Under the pieces are notes generated by a model. It worked only from the letters and a program-made list of their open reading frames with translations. It was not told the origin of the DNA and ran no database searches. A stretch of 64,000 nucleotides of DNA from Bacillus thermozeamaize. GTDB taxonomy: Bacteria > Bacillota > Bacilli > ZCTH02-B2. Positions 56,850-64,000 of the stretch are shown piece after piece (positions within the stretch are counted from its first letter, which is position 1; each line of letters begins with the position of its first letter). A program made the position numbers and the translations under genes. Where the stretch lies: NCBI GenBank assembly GCA_002159075.1, contig LZRT01000070.1:9007-73006 (forward strand). The letters are read 5' to 3'.

Positions 56850-57779
56850 TTAAATTTTTTCTGCCACTCGCAATTTCGCGGAACGTGCTCGCGGGTTGTG
56901 ACGGACTTCATCTTCCGTCGGCTGAACCGGCCTCCGGGTAACCAGGCGTACGCGCGGTTGCCGCCCGCACTTGCATACGGGAAAAGAGGGAGGGCAGATA
57001 CACCCTTTTGCCCATTCCGAAAACTGCTGTTTGCAAATGCGATCTTCCAGGGAATGGAAGGTGATCACAGCAATCCGTCCGCCTGGCCGCAACCGATCCA
57101 ACGTTTGTGTCAACGCCTCAGAAAAGGCCCTCAGTTCGTCATTGACCGCAATCCGGATCGCCTGAAAGGTACGGCGAGCAGGATGCGGACCCGTTCGCCT
57201 GGCCGCTGCCGGGATCGCCTCCTTGACCAGCTCGGCCAGTTCGCCGGTCGTCTCAATCGGTCCCTTCTCCCGCTGGCTGACAATGCGCCGGGCGATTTGC
57301 CGCGCAAAACGCTCCTCCCCATATCGTGATATGATCTCCCGCAGCCGTGACTCAGGCCAATCGTTTACCACTTCAAAGGCCGTCAGTTGCTGCCGGCGAT
57401 CCATGCGCATATCCAGACGTTCATCGTGATGATAGCTGAAGCCTCGCTCAGAGGTGTCCACCTGCATGGAAGAAAGACCCAAGTCAAATAAAAAGCCGTC
57501 CACCTGGCCAATCCCCATCTTGTCCAACACGTACCCGAGATCCCTGAAGTTGCTCTTGACCAGGTTGATTCGGTTCATATATGGGGATAAACGCCGGCTG
57601 GCGATTCGTATCGCTTCTTCATCCTGATCCAGCGCGATCAATCTGCCCGTTCCCTGCAGGCGCTTCACAATCGCTTCGCTGTGTCCTCCGGCACCCAGTG
57701 TGCAATCGACATAAATTCCTTCCGGAGATGTCACCAATCTGTCTACCGCTTCATGCAGCAACACTGACACATGTTCCAA
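56850..57779 (-). CDS. rsmH: 16S rRNA (cytosine1402-N4)-methyltransferase RsmH (MraW)
   Basis: Contains YVDCTLGAGGHS and the region around DLGLSSMQ. The start is tentative: TTG (EHVSVLLHE) after mraZ stop TAG. The track ORF upstream overlaps mraZ. Confidence 0.86.
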   Translation of the reverse strand: MEHVSVLLHEAVDRLVTSPEGIYVDCTLGAGGHSEAIVKRLQGTGRLIALDQDEEAIRIASRRLSPYMNRINLVKSNFRDLGYVLDKMGIGQVDGFLFDLGLSSMQVDTSERGFSYHHDERLDMRMDRRQQLTAFEVVNDWPESRLREIISRYGEERFARQIARRIVSQREKGPIETTGELAELVKEAIPAAARRTGPHPARRTFQAIRIAVNDELRAFSEALTQTLDRLRPGGRIAVITFHSLEDRICKQQFSEWAKGCICPPSFPVCKCGRQPRVRLVTRRPVQPTEDEVRHNPRARSAKLRVAEKI

Positions 57780-57804
57780 TTCCTGCACGACCACCTTTTC
57801 ATGA

Positions 57805-58233
57805 CTAGAAATGAAGCTCCAGCTTTTCAGCAATCTCACTGAAGCTGCCCGCTGATTGCTGAAAATAGCTTTCCCAAACAGGTTGGCTCCATATTTCCAC
57901 ACGCGTGGAAACACCGATGATCGCGCAGTCTTTTTCAAGCTGCGCATACTCGCGCAGGGTTGGCGGCAGGTTCACTCGCCCCTGTTTGTCGAGCTCGCAT
58001 TCCATCGCGCCTGAAAAGAAAAACCGCGTGAAAGCGCGCACATCTGCACTTGTGAAGGAGAGGCTTTTCAACTTGCTTTCAATTTGCTGCCATTCATGGG
58101 GTGGGAAAACAAACAGACAGCGATCCAGTCCGCGGGTGATGACAAAGGTTTCGCCCAACTCTTCGCGAAATTTCGCAGGAATAATCAACCTGCCCTTCGC
58201 ATCAATGCTGTGATAATACTCGCCCATCAACAC
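57805..58233 (-). CDS. mraZ: Transcriptional regulator MraZ
   Basis: [24 protein letters not shown] contains duplicated SpoVT/AbrB-like DxxGR motifs. Confidence 0.93.
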   Translation of the reverse strand: MLMGEYYHSIDAKGRLIIPAKFREELGETFVITRGLDRCLFVFPPHEWQQIESKLKSLSFTSADVRAFTRFFFSGAMECELDKQGRVNLPPTLREYAQLEKDCAIIGVSTRVEIWSQPVWESYFQQSAGSFSEIAEKLELHF

Positions 58234-58312
58234 ACCCGCTCACCCACTTTCCCACCACAAGGCCCCACTATCCACCACTTTCCTCCACTTGGTTCTACAT
58301 ATTCGCTACGCA

Positions 58313-58350
58313 CAAAAAAAATCCTGCCTCGATGAGCAGGATCTTTTTTA
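58313..58350 (-). terminator. Intrinsic terminator after ahcY, upstream of mraZ (A-tract/hairpin/T-tract, potentially bidirectional)
   Basis: The + strand reads aaaaaaaATCCTGCctcgatgaGCAGGATcttttttac. The minus RNA reads GAUCCUGC-ucaucgag-GCAGGAUUUUUUUU. Confidence 0.85.
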
Positions 58351-58353
58351 CAG

Positions 58354-59619
58354 TTATGGTTCCTGACGCCAACTGGACAAATACGCTTGCTGTTCTTCCG
58401 ACAACCGATCGATCTGAATGCCCAGGCTCTCCAGTTTTAAATAGGCCACTTGCCGATCAATTTCCTTCGGAACAGGCAGGACTTTGGGAGCCGTGACATC
58501 GATTGCCGTGCCTCTTCCTTCCTTCAGCCATAGCAGCGACAAGGCCTGAAGCGCAAAGGACATATCCATGATTTCAGCAGGGTGCCCGTCCCCCGCCGCA
58601 AGGTTGACCAAACGCCCTTCCGCCAGCAAATACAATTTGCGGCCATCCGCCATCTGATATTCGTCAATCTGGTGCCGGACACGCCGCTTGCGAATCGCCA
58701 GCGCTTCCAGCGCCCGGATATCCACTTCCACGTCAAAATGGCCGGCATTGGCCAGGATGGCTCCGTCTTTCATTGACTGAAAATGTTCCGTGGTCACAAC
58801 CTTGGCATTGCCCGTCACGGTGACCAGAAAATCGGCCCGTTTCACCGCCTGTTCCATCGGCATCACATGGAATCCATCCATGTGCGCCTCAATCGCCTTG
58901 ACGGGATCCACTTCTGTGACAATGACATTGGCTCCCAATCCCTTGGCGCGCATCGCCACGCCTTTTCCGCACCAGCCATAGCCGGCCACCACCACCGTTT
59001 TTCCGGCGACCACCAGATTCGTGGTGCGGTTGATGCCGTCCCATACCGACTGTCCCGTGCCGTAACGGTTATCGAAGAGCGATTTGCACAGGGCATCATT
59101 GACAGCGACCATCGGAAAACGCAGCCGCCCTTCCTTCTCCAGCGCCTTTAACCGGAGGACGCCGGTCGTCGTTTCTTCGCATCCGCCACGGACCGTCGCG
59201 GGAAAATCATCTGGCCGCTCGTGGAGCAGGCCAACCAGATCCCCCCCATCATCAATCAGGAATTCCGGACCGAATCGGAGCGTCATTTCCTGGTATTCCA
59301 GGAATTCTTCAGGCGTCGGATGATACGTGGCAAATACCGTGATTCCCCCTTCTGCCAGTGCCGCCGCCACATCATCCTGAGTGGATAGCGGGTTGCTCCC
59401 CGAAATGGCCACTTCCGCTCCGCCGGCCTGGATCACTTTGGCCAGATAGGCGGTTTTCGCTTCCAGATGAAGACAGATCCCCACTTTCACGCCGCGAAAC
59501 GGTTTCTCCCGTTCAAATCGTTCCCGCAGCCGCTCCAGTACCGGCATATGGGATGCAGCCCAATCGATTTTCAGTTGCCCCTCTTTTGCCAGTTTCCGGT
59601 CCCGAACCACACTTTCCAT
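58354..59619 (-). CDS. ahcY: Adenosylhomocysteinase (S-adenosyl-L-homocysteine hydrolase)
   Basis: The start is at MESVVRD, after AAAGAGGTG. NAD-binding GYGWCGKG is present. About 421 aa, the short bacterial/archaeal type. The track ORF is extended 60 codons upstream. Confidence 0.9.
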   Translation of the reverse strand: MESVVRDRKLAKEGQLKIDWAASHMPVLERLRERFEREKPFRGVKVGICLHLEAKTAYLAKVIQAGGAEVAISGSNPLSTQDDVAAALAEGGITVFATYHPTPEEFLEYQEMTLRFGPEFLIDDGGDLVGLLHERPDDFPATVRGGCEETTTGVLRLKALEKEGRLRFPMVAVNDALCKSLFDNRYGTGQSVWDGINRTTNLVVAGKTVVVAGYGWCGKGVAMRAKGLGANVIVTEVDPVKAIEAHMDGFHVMPMEQAVKRADFLVTVTGNAKVVTTEHFQSMKDGAILANAGHFDVEVDIRALEALAIRKRRVRHQIDEYQMADGRKLYLLAEGRLVNLAAGDGHPAEIMDMSFALQALSLLWLKEGRGTAIDVTAPKVLPVPKEIDRQVAYLKLESLGIQIDRLSEEQQAYLSSWRQEP

Positions 59620-59675
59620 CGCGCGCACCTCTTTTCGTTGAACAACAGTACCTTTCACATTTGACCGCCGATCGG

Positions 59676-60053
59676 TCACAACAGCAAAAAGATGCCTATC
59701 ACAAACAAAAACACATAAAGCGCACTGAGCAGCAAAAAACCGATTCGCCAGACGCCGCGAAGCCACTTTCGGAAATGGAACCGCCCACGAATCCACCACT
59801 GCGCAAATGCAAGGCTAATCCCCAATAAGATGAACAGGCTCAAGACGAGAACCCAACCAGAACCACCGGTTACATTGTACCACAGGACAGAGACCGCAGA
59901 GAGGAGAAACAGCGTTGTCACATCCAATGCCCTCAAACGGGCAAGAGGGCGGTTTTTCGTCACGATGTAGATCAACCCATATGTAAAAAGATAGCCGACT
60001 GGCGGCATGGCGGCCAATATCGCATACAATTTGCGGAACATTTCCCACATCAC
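59676..60053 (-). CDS. Hypothetical membrane protein (YllA/DUF3397-like, 3-4 TM)
   Basis: 125 aa hydrophobic protein. It occupies the position of B. subtilis yllA, upstream of mraZ. Confidence 0.6.
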   Translation of the reverse strand: MMWEMFRKLYAILAAMPPVGYLFTYGLIYIVTKNRPLARLRALDVTTLFLLSAVSVLWYNVTGGSGWVLVLSLFILLGISLAFAQWWIRGRFHFRKWLRGVWRIGFLLLSALYVFLFVIGIFLLL

Positions 60054-60071
60054 CGGCGGCCTCCCCTTCCC

Positions 60072-61067
60072 CTAATCGTCAAATTGCCTGATATGGGTAT
60101 TTTCCAAAGCCTTCAGCAGCCAATACAACACGCGATTGGCGGGAGCATCTAATCCCTTTTCTTCAGCCAGGTCAAGGAGCAATCCGTTCAACGCTTCAAT
60201 TTCCGTCTGCTTTTTCTTCATTAAATCCTGCAGCATGGAAGAAGTATTGCCGGAGGTTTTCTCGCATACGTCCAATACTTTCTCTACCAAATTGGCGTCC
60301 AGTTCCAATCCATGCGCACGCGCCACCTCCAACGCTTCCTGAACAACCGCGCTGACCAGCTGGCGCAGCTCTGCCGAAGCGGGAATCGCCCCGTTTTGAA
60401 CCGACAAAATCCCGGTGATGGGATTCACCGCGCAATTGATCACCCATTTTTCCCACATCCGCAGGCGTATGTCAGCGGTGGTTTCCACATGCATGCCGCT
60501 GTCCTGCAATAAAACAGCCAACTGTTTCAGCTGCTCCTGCCCCACGGCATCCGTCGGCAGGCTGCTGGTTGGACTGCCCATCGGATGGCCACCGCTTCCT
60601 TGATGAGCGAAGGGATCTCCCAACCATGTCGTTCCTGTGCCGGTATGACGGACCAACCAGTCCTCTTCACGCTTTGCGCCCTCTGTCGTAACAGCCACGT
60701 ACACCGGTATTCCGGGAAAAGCGGCAGCCATTTTTTCCGCATGCCTAAGTCCGTTTTGAAACAAGAGAAAACGACAGGGTTGATGCCGCTTTTTTTGTAA
60801 ATGCCGGATCAGCGAGGGGAGATGGGTTTGCTTGACAAAAACCAGACCCCAATCTGCCGTTCCATCCCATTCTTCCATCGTCTGCGCGGTGCAGCAGGTG
60901 GTGGTTTTCCGTCCGTCTCGCTCGATGACGGTCAACCCCCGCTCCTGCAGGGCATGAGCCTGTTCCCCGCGTTGCGTAACGGCCAATCCCTTCACCATTC
61001 CGCTTGACAAAAAGCGTGATGCATACAACATGCCGATACTGCCCATCCCGATAAAAGCAAGCTCCAC
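60072..61067 (-). CDS. panE: 2-dehydropantoate 2-reductase
   Basis: Rossmann motif FIGMGSIGM and an ApbA C-terminal domain. It starts at GTG (VELAFIGMG), after AAAGGGAGAG and a 7-nt spacer. Confidence 0.82.
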   Translation of the reverse strand: MELAFIGMGSIGMLYASRFLSSGMVKGLAVTQRGEQAHALQERGLTVIERDGRKTTTCCTAQTMEEWDGTADWGLVFVKQTHLPSLIRHLQKKRHQPCRFLLFQNGLRHAEKMAAAFPGIPVYVAVTTEGAKREEDWLVRHTGTGTTWLGDPFAHQGSGGHPMGSPTSSLPTDAVGQEQLKQLAVLLQDSGMHVETTADIRLRMWEKWVINCAVNPITGILSVQNGAIPASAELRQLVSAVVQEALEVARAHGLELDANLVEKVLDVCEKTSGNTSSMLQDLMKKKQTEIEALNGLLLDLAEEKGLDAPANRVLYWLLKALENTHIRQFDD

Positions 61068-61181
61068 AGAGAAATCTCTCCCTTTTTTTCTACATTCGAC
61101 ATTATCATACACGTTCCTGCACGGTTTACCAATATTCCCCACTTCTTTGCTCTAAAAACTAAAAAGGTCATTTCTTCTCAG

Positions 61182-61215
61182 AAAAAAAAGCCTTGTCTCC
61201 CGACAAGACTTTGCC
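61182..61215 (-). terminator. Intrinsic terminator after the rsfA/gerR-like gene
   Basis: On the minus RNA: AGUCUUGUC-ggga-GACAAGGCU followed by UUUUUUUU. Confidence 0.8.
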
Positions 61216-61218
61216 AGC

Positions 61219-61800
61219 TTAGGTTTTCATCCGTTCCAGGTTGCCGTTGCTCTCCATCACAAACGTAACCGCTCCATTGTAAGGTTCTTCCAAAAGGTTC
61301 AATTCCCGGGCCCGCTTCATGATCTCGCCCAGCTTCTGAACATCTTCCGTTGCCTCTTTCAGTTCTCGCATCTCCTCCATCAATTGCTGATACTCCCGTT
61401 TTAGCGTTTCGTGCTCTTTCTTCAACGTTTCATAGCATTCTTTCAACACTTCATATTCCTTTTCCAAGTTCTGATGGAAAACCATCTTTTCATGCAATCC
61501 TTGCAAATACCGGATGACATCGGACAACCCGATTTCTTCTGCAGGCTGCACGGTTTTTTTCGGGCCATTCCCCGACAAATCCCGTTTTCGCTGTGACTTG
61601 GCCAACTGAATGGCAACCTGGTACTTTTTTCTCAGATAACTGTTCCACCGAAAACCACATGCGGCGGCTGTCCGCCCGATTCTCCGGGCCACTTCTTCAA
61701 ACGCGGCCAATTGCGTGCTCCCTTCCCGGATATGGCGAAGGGTGATCTCTGCCAGCAACAAATCTTCATCAGCCGTCCAACCATCCTGTCTCCTTGTCAT
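61219..61800 (-). CDS. RsfA-family sporulation transcriptional regulator (GerR/YlbO-like, Myb/SANT domain)
   Basis: [53 protein letters not shown] is the RsfA-family signature, followed by a C-terminal coiled coil. The RBS is AAAGGTGGGGGA. Confidence 0.85.
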   Translation of the reverse strand: MTRRQDGWTADEDLLLAEITLRHIREGSTQLAAFEEVARRIGRTAAACGFRWNSYLRKKYQVAIQLAKSQRKRDLSGNGPKKTVQPAEEIGLSDVIRYLQGLHEKMVFHQNLEKEYEVLKECYETLKKEHETLKREYQQLMEEMRELKEATEDVQKLGEIMKRARELNLLEEPYNGAVTFVMESNGNLERMKT

Positions 61801-61990
61801 CCTATCCCCCACCTTTTCGCCTATCACATTTGACAAACGCGACCTTTCGCAAATCTGAACGGTTCTAAAAGCGACATGTCGATCCTATCTATTCTATATG
61901 TAATAGCAGCTGCCATGTTCACACAGACGCGGCCAACACCAATCCGTATTTTATTTTTGCCAGATGATAGCATGACAAAACTTTCGGCAT

Positions 61991-62020
61991 AAAAAAAGAC
62001 GGGCTCTCATCCAGAGCCCA
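61991..62020 (-). terminator. Intrinsic terminator after the spx/mgsR-like gene
   Basis: On the minus RNA: GGGCUCU-ggaug-AGAGCCC followed by GUCUUUUUUUAU. Confidence 0.8.
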
Positions 62021-62042
62021 TCGAATCATCCGGGAACACGCA

Positions 62043-62399
62043 TCAGGCAAGAAAGCGTTCCAGCGCCTCCTTGTCGTATCCGATGACCAAATGCTCACCA
62101 TCGGTCAAAATGGGACGCCGCAACAGACGCGGCTCGTTTTGAATCATGTGCAGCAATTCGCTCAGTTTCAAATCCCGGTAGTCAACCTGCATTTCCTTGA
62201 ATTTCTGGCTTCTCGTGGCAAGGATATCATCGACGCCATTTTGCGTCATGCGGACAATATCGGTTAACTCTTCTATCGTAGGCGGATTTTTAAAAATGTG
62301 ATGTTCTTCGTAGGGAATGCCTTTATGTGTCAACCATGCCTTCGTTTTGCGGCAGGATGTGCAACTTGGGTAAGTGTAAAATCGCCATTTTTTCCGCAT
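62043..62399 (-). CDS. Spx/MgsR-family redox-sensing transcriptional regulator (ArsC fold)
   Basis: N-terminal CxxC (YTYPSCTSCRK) and conserved LLRRPI. It has a TTGACA-18-TATACT promoter upstream and an intrinsic terminator downstream. Confidence 0.88.
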   Translation of the reverse strand: MRKKWRFYTYPSCTSCRKTKAWLTHKGIPYEEHHIFKNPPTIEELTDIVRMTQNGVDDILATRSQKFKEMQVDYRDLKLSELLHMIQNEPRLLRRPILTDGEHLVIGYDKEALERFLA

Positions 62400-62440
62400 A
62401 GGTCTCCCCCCAACCGCTTTCTCTTTACTTTCTATAGTAA

Positions 62441-62470
62441 AGTATATTACTTATTTAAATACCATGTCAA
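62441..62470 (-). promoter_or_regulatory. Promoter of the spx/mgsR-like gene (TTGACA-18-TATACT), with a 7-bp inverted repeat at the predicted transcription start
   Basis: The minus strand reads TTGACAtggtatttaaataagtaaTATACTTTACTatagaaAGTAAAG. Confidence 0.6.
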
Positions 62471-62537
62471 CCGCCCACCATCTGTTTTCGAAACATTTTT
62501 GTTGGGGAATAGACGGCAAACCCACAGGGAATAATGG

Positions 62538-62566
62538 TTTACAACCTTATCCACGTAGCTTATAAT
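62538..62566 (+). promoter_or_regulatory. Promoter TTTACA-17-TATAAT for the small membrane protein gene
   Basis: The + strand reads TTTACAaccttatccacgtagctTATAAT, about 55 nt upstream of the ATG at 62624. Confidence 0.7.
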
Positions 62567-62623
62567 GGTATCGACGCGCAAGACGAGAATATGCAACCAT
62601 CGAATGTGACAGGAGGAGCAACC

Positions 62624-62866
62624 ATGGCAAGAATGTTCCGGGTCCTTGGCTTTCTGTGTGGCCTTATCTCGATGCTGGCATTCGCAGGCGGTGAAGAACT
62701 GGTCGCTTTGTCGATCATCTTCGGGATTAAGACCATCCTCTTTTTCGTATTGAGCTACATGAAGCTGACGGAAAGAACGTACATGTACATATTCGGCGCA
62801 TATATGTTTTTGGCATTCGTGGGTCTGAACTATTGGATGTTTTTTCAAATGCCGCTTAGCGAGTAA
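62624..62866 (+). CDS. Small membrane protein (2 TM; possibly YqgY/DUF2626-like)
   Basis: 80 aa (MARMFRVLGF...). AGGAGGAG lies 7 nt before the ATG, and a TTTACA-17-TATAAT promoter lies at 62538-62566, which makes the track N-terminal extension impossible. A strong terminator follows the gene. Confidence 0.65.
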   Translation: MARMFRVLGFLCGLISMLAFAGGEELVALSIIFGIKTILFFVLSYMKLTERTYMYIFGAYMFLAFVGLNYWMFFQMPLSE

Positions 62867-62869
62867 ACA

Positions 62870-62900
62870 GGGAGCCCCTTGCGGGCTCCCTTCTCTATTT
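62870..62900 (+). terminator. Intrinsic terminator after the small membrane protein gene
   Basis: GGGAGCCC-cttgc-GGGCTCCC followed by ttctctattt. Confidence 0.8.
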
Positions 62901-62911
62901 GCCTCCATCTC

Positions 62912-64000
62912 TTATATGTTAAAAGATACCTGGCGGCTCAAACCTCGGAAGACACGAGGAACGAAGACGTTTTTTCCTTGCAAAAGAACGCAAAATCGCT
63001 CGCCCATGCCCGTCTCATCGAGGAGCAATTGACGGATCGCCCGATTCTTTCGCGCCTCGGCACTGAAAGGATCGTCTGCTCCCTCCACAAGCTCCTCCAG
63101 AATGCCGAGCCGAAGCAAAAACTTTCGCTGTGATTCAAACAGGAGAGGTTCAAGGCAGGCCTTTTTCCCCATTTCAATCAAAAGCGAAAAATTCACATCA
63201 GCCGTCAGATCCTGTTCCCCCGGATACAAGTAAGGATTGGTCATGATCTGATGCATGCGATAACCTCGGAGCGTGCCCTTGGGCATGGCCGCGGATGCGG
63301 CACCGTCAGCGAGATAACCGTAATCCACGGTCAACAGATATCCCTTCTCCAGAACGCTGGCCAATTGGTTGATCCACTCCACAGCCGCCAGCGAGAGTTC
63401 GACGCGTCCCCCTTCCTCCGCAGCGATCGCCAGCTCCTCCAGCAACTCCAGCAACCTTTGGTTACGGCATGGCCTCCGCTCTTCCTCAAAGCACAACGTG
63501 TTTTCATTCCAGGTCACCCCGACTTCTTCCCATTTCCCGTCATGCCTCTCCAGAATGTGCACCGGCAAGGCATCAAAAAACTCATTGGAAAGGATGACGC
63601 CTGTCACCCCCTGGAGCTGCTCCAGGCTGTCCAGGTAAACGATCCGTTCCTTGTGGGAAATGAGATGTTGAAATTGCAGCTGGCGGTGAAAGGGGCTTTT
63701 CTCCAGCAAGAAGTAGGTCAGTTTCCGGTAAACGGATGGGTAACGCTGGAAAGCGTTTAAAATCTGGCAGGCCAGACGCCCATCTCCCCCGCCCAGTTCC
63801 AAAATGACCCACTCCTCAGCCGATAACGACTCCAGCAGCCCAAACAATCCTTCCGCCAAAACCGCTCCGAACACTGTCCCGACGGAACTGCTCGTATAAT
63901 AATCCCCGCACTTGCCTATCTTTTTCTTCGGGCGCATGTAATACCCCCACTGCGGATGATACAGCGACGCTTCCATCCATTCCGAAAAGGGGAGCCATCG
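62912..64000 (-). CDS. MidA/DUF185-family SAM-dependent methyltransferase (partial; N-terminus beyond window end)
   Basis: The ORF stays open to the window edge. In-frame upstream residues RWLPFSEW precede MEASLYHPQWGYY and fit the DUF185 N-terminal consensus. A GxGxG motif (ELGGGDG) is present. Confidence 0.8.
   Translation of the reverse strand, partial: RWLPFSEWMEASLYHPQWGYYMRPKKKIGKCGDYYTSSSVGTVFGAVLAEGLFGLLESLSAEEWVILELGGGDGRLACQILNAFQRYPSVYRKLTYFLLEKSPFHRQLQFQHLISHKERIVYLDSLEQLQGVTGVILSNEFFDALPVHILERHDGKWEEVGVTWNENTLCFEEERRPCRNQRLLELLEELAIAAEEGGRVELSLAAVEWINQLASVLEKGYLLTVDYGYLADGAASAAMPKGTLRGYRMHQIMTNPYLYPGEQDLTADVNFSLLIEMGKKACLEPLLFESQRKFLLRLGILEELVEGADDPFSAEARKNRAIRQLLLDETGMGERFCVLLQGKNVFVPRVFRGLSRQVSFNI

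Noticed and set aside
59620-59799. 60-codon N-terminal extension of ahcY in the ORF track. The track shows similar extensions for ileS, ftsZ, carA, pyrR, rqcH, gmk, remA, murA and mraY.
   Set aside because: The extensions lack RBSs and overlap upstream genes. The conserved N-termini start at internal Met, Val or Leu codons that have good Shine-Dalgarno sequences.
62534-62623. Track ORF 62534..62866 N-terminal 30 codons (MVYNLIHVAYNG...).
   Set aside because: This segment begins upstream of, or inside, the TTTACA-17-TATAAT promoter. It has no RBS. The ATG at 62624 has a perfect AGGAGGAG.

Overview
This window is a conserved core-genome segment of a moderately GC-rich (~55%), spore-forming, Bacillus-like Firmicute. 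Gene order matches the Bacillus subtilis yloA–fmt / pyr / lspA–ileS / dcw neighbourhood, and almost every gene is on the minus strand. I count 62 protein-coding genes.

Order along the window (mostly minus strand):
- fmt(partial)-def-priA-coaBC-rpoZ-gmk-remA-yicC, then the Ca2+ P-type ATPase yloB, divergent from rqcH(+).
- A second RluA-family pseudouridine synthase and an AI-2E/YtvI-like permease.
- A complete pyr operon in the unusual order pyrR-pyrB-carA-carB-pyrK-pyrD-pyrF-pyrE-pyrC. There is no pyrP, and pyrC sits last. Two PyrR-binding attenuators and a sigmaA promoter are recognisable.
- An HxlR-type regulator with a divergent MBL-fold hydrolase in an AT-rich islet, inserted between rluD and pyrR.
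- rluD-lspA-ileS. ileS has a short leader with no T-box.
- divIVA-ylmH-ylmG-sepF-ylmE-pgeF-ylmC-sigG-sigE-spoIIGA-ftsZ-ftsA-sbp-ylxX-ylxW-divIB.
- murA-murB-murG-spoVE-murD-mraY-murF-murE-spoVD-pbpB-ftsL-rsmH-mraZ.
- ahcY (S-adenosylhomocysteine hydrolase) inserted between yllA and mraZ.
- panE, a GerR/RsfA-like regulator, an Spx/MgsR-like regulator, a small membrane protein, and a partial MidA-like methyltransferase.

I found no rRNA, tRNA, CRISPR array, transposase or obvious defence system.

The many long ORFs antisense to real genes are GC-driven artefacts. The most unusual points are local deviations from Bacillus synteny and regulation: the pyr operon rearrangement, the ahcY insertion, the HxlR/MBL insertion, the T-box-less ileS, and a tandem repeat in the pyrF-pyrE spacer. 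None of these is a self-evident novel system. Start codons were refined by hand from RBS context. Coordinates are derived from the ORF track by codon arithmetic; manual base-counting in the printed sequence can differ by 1 nt.
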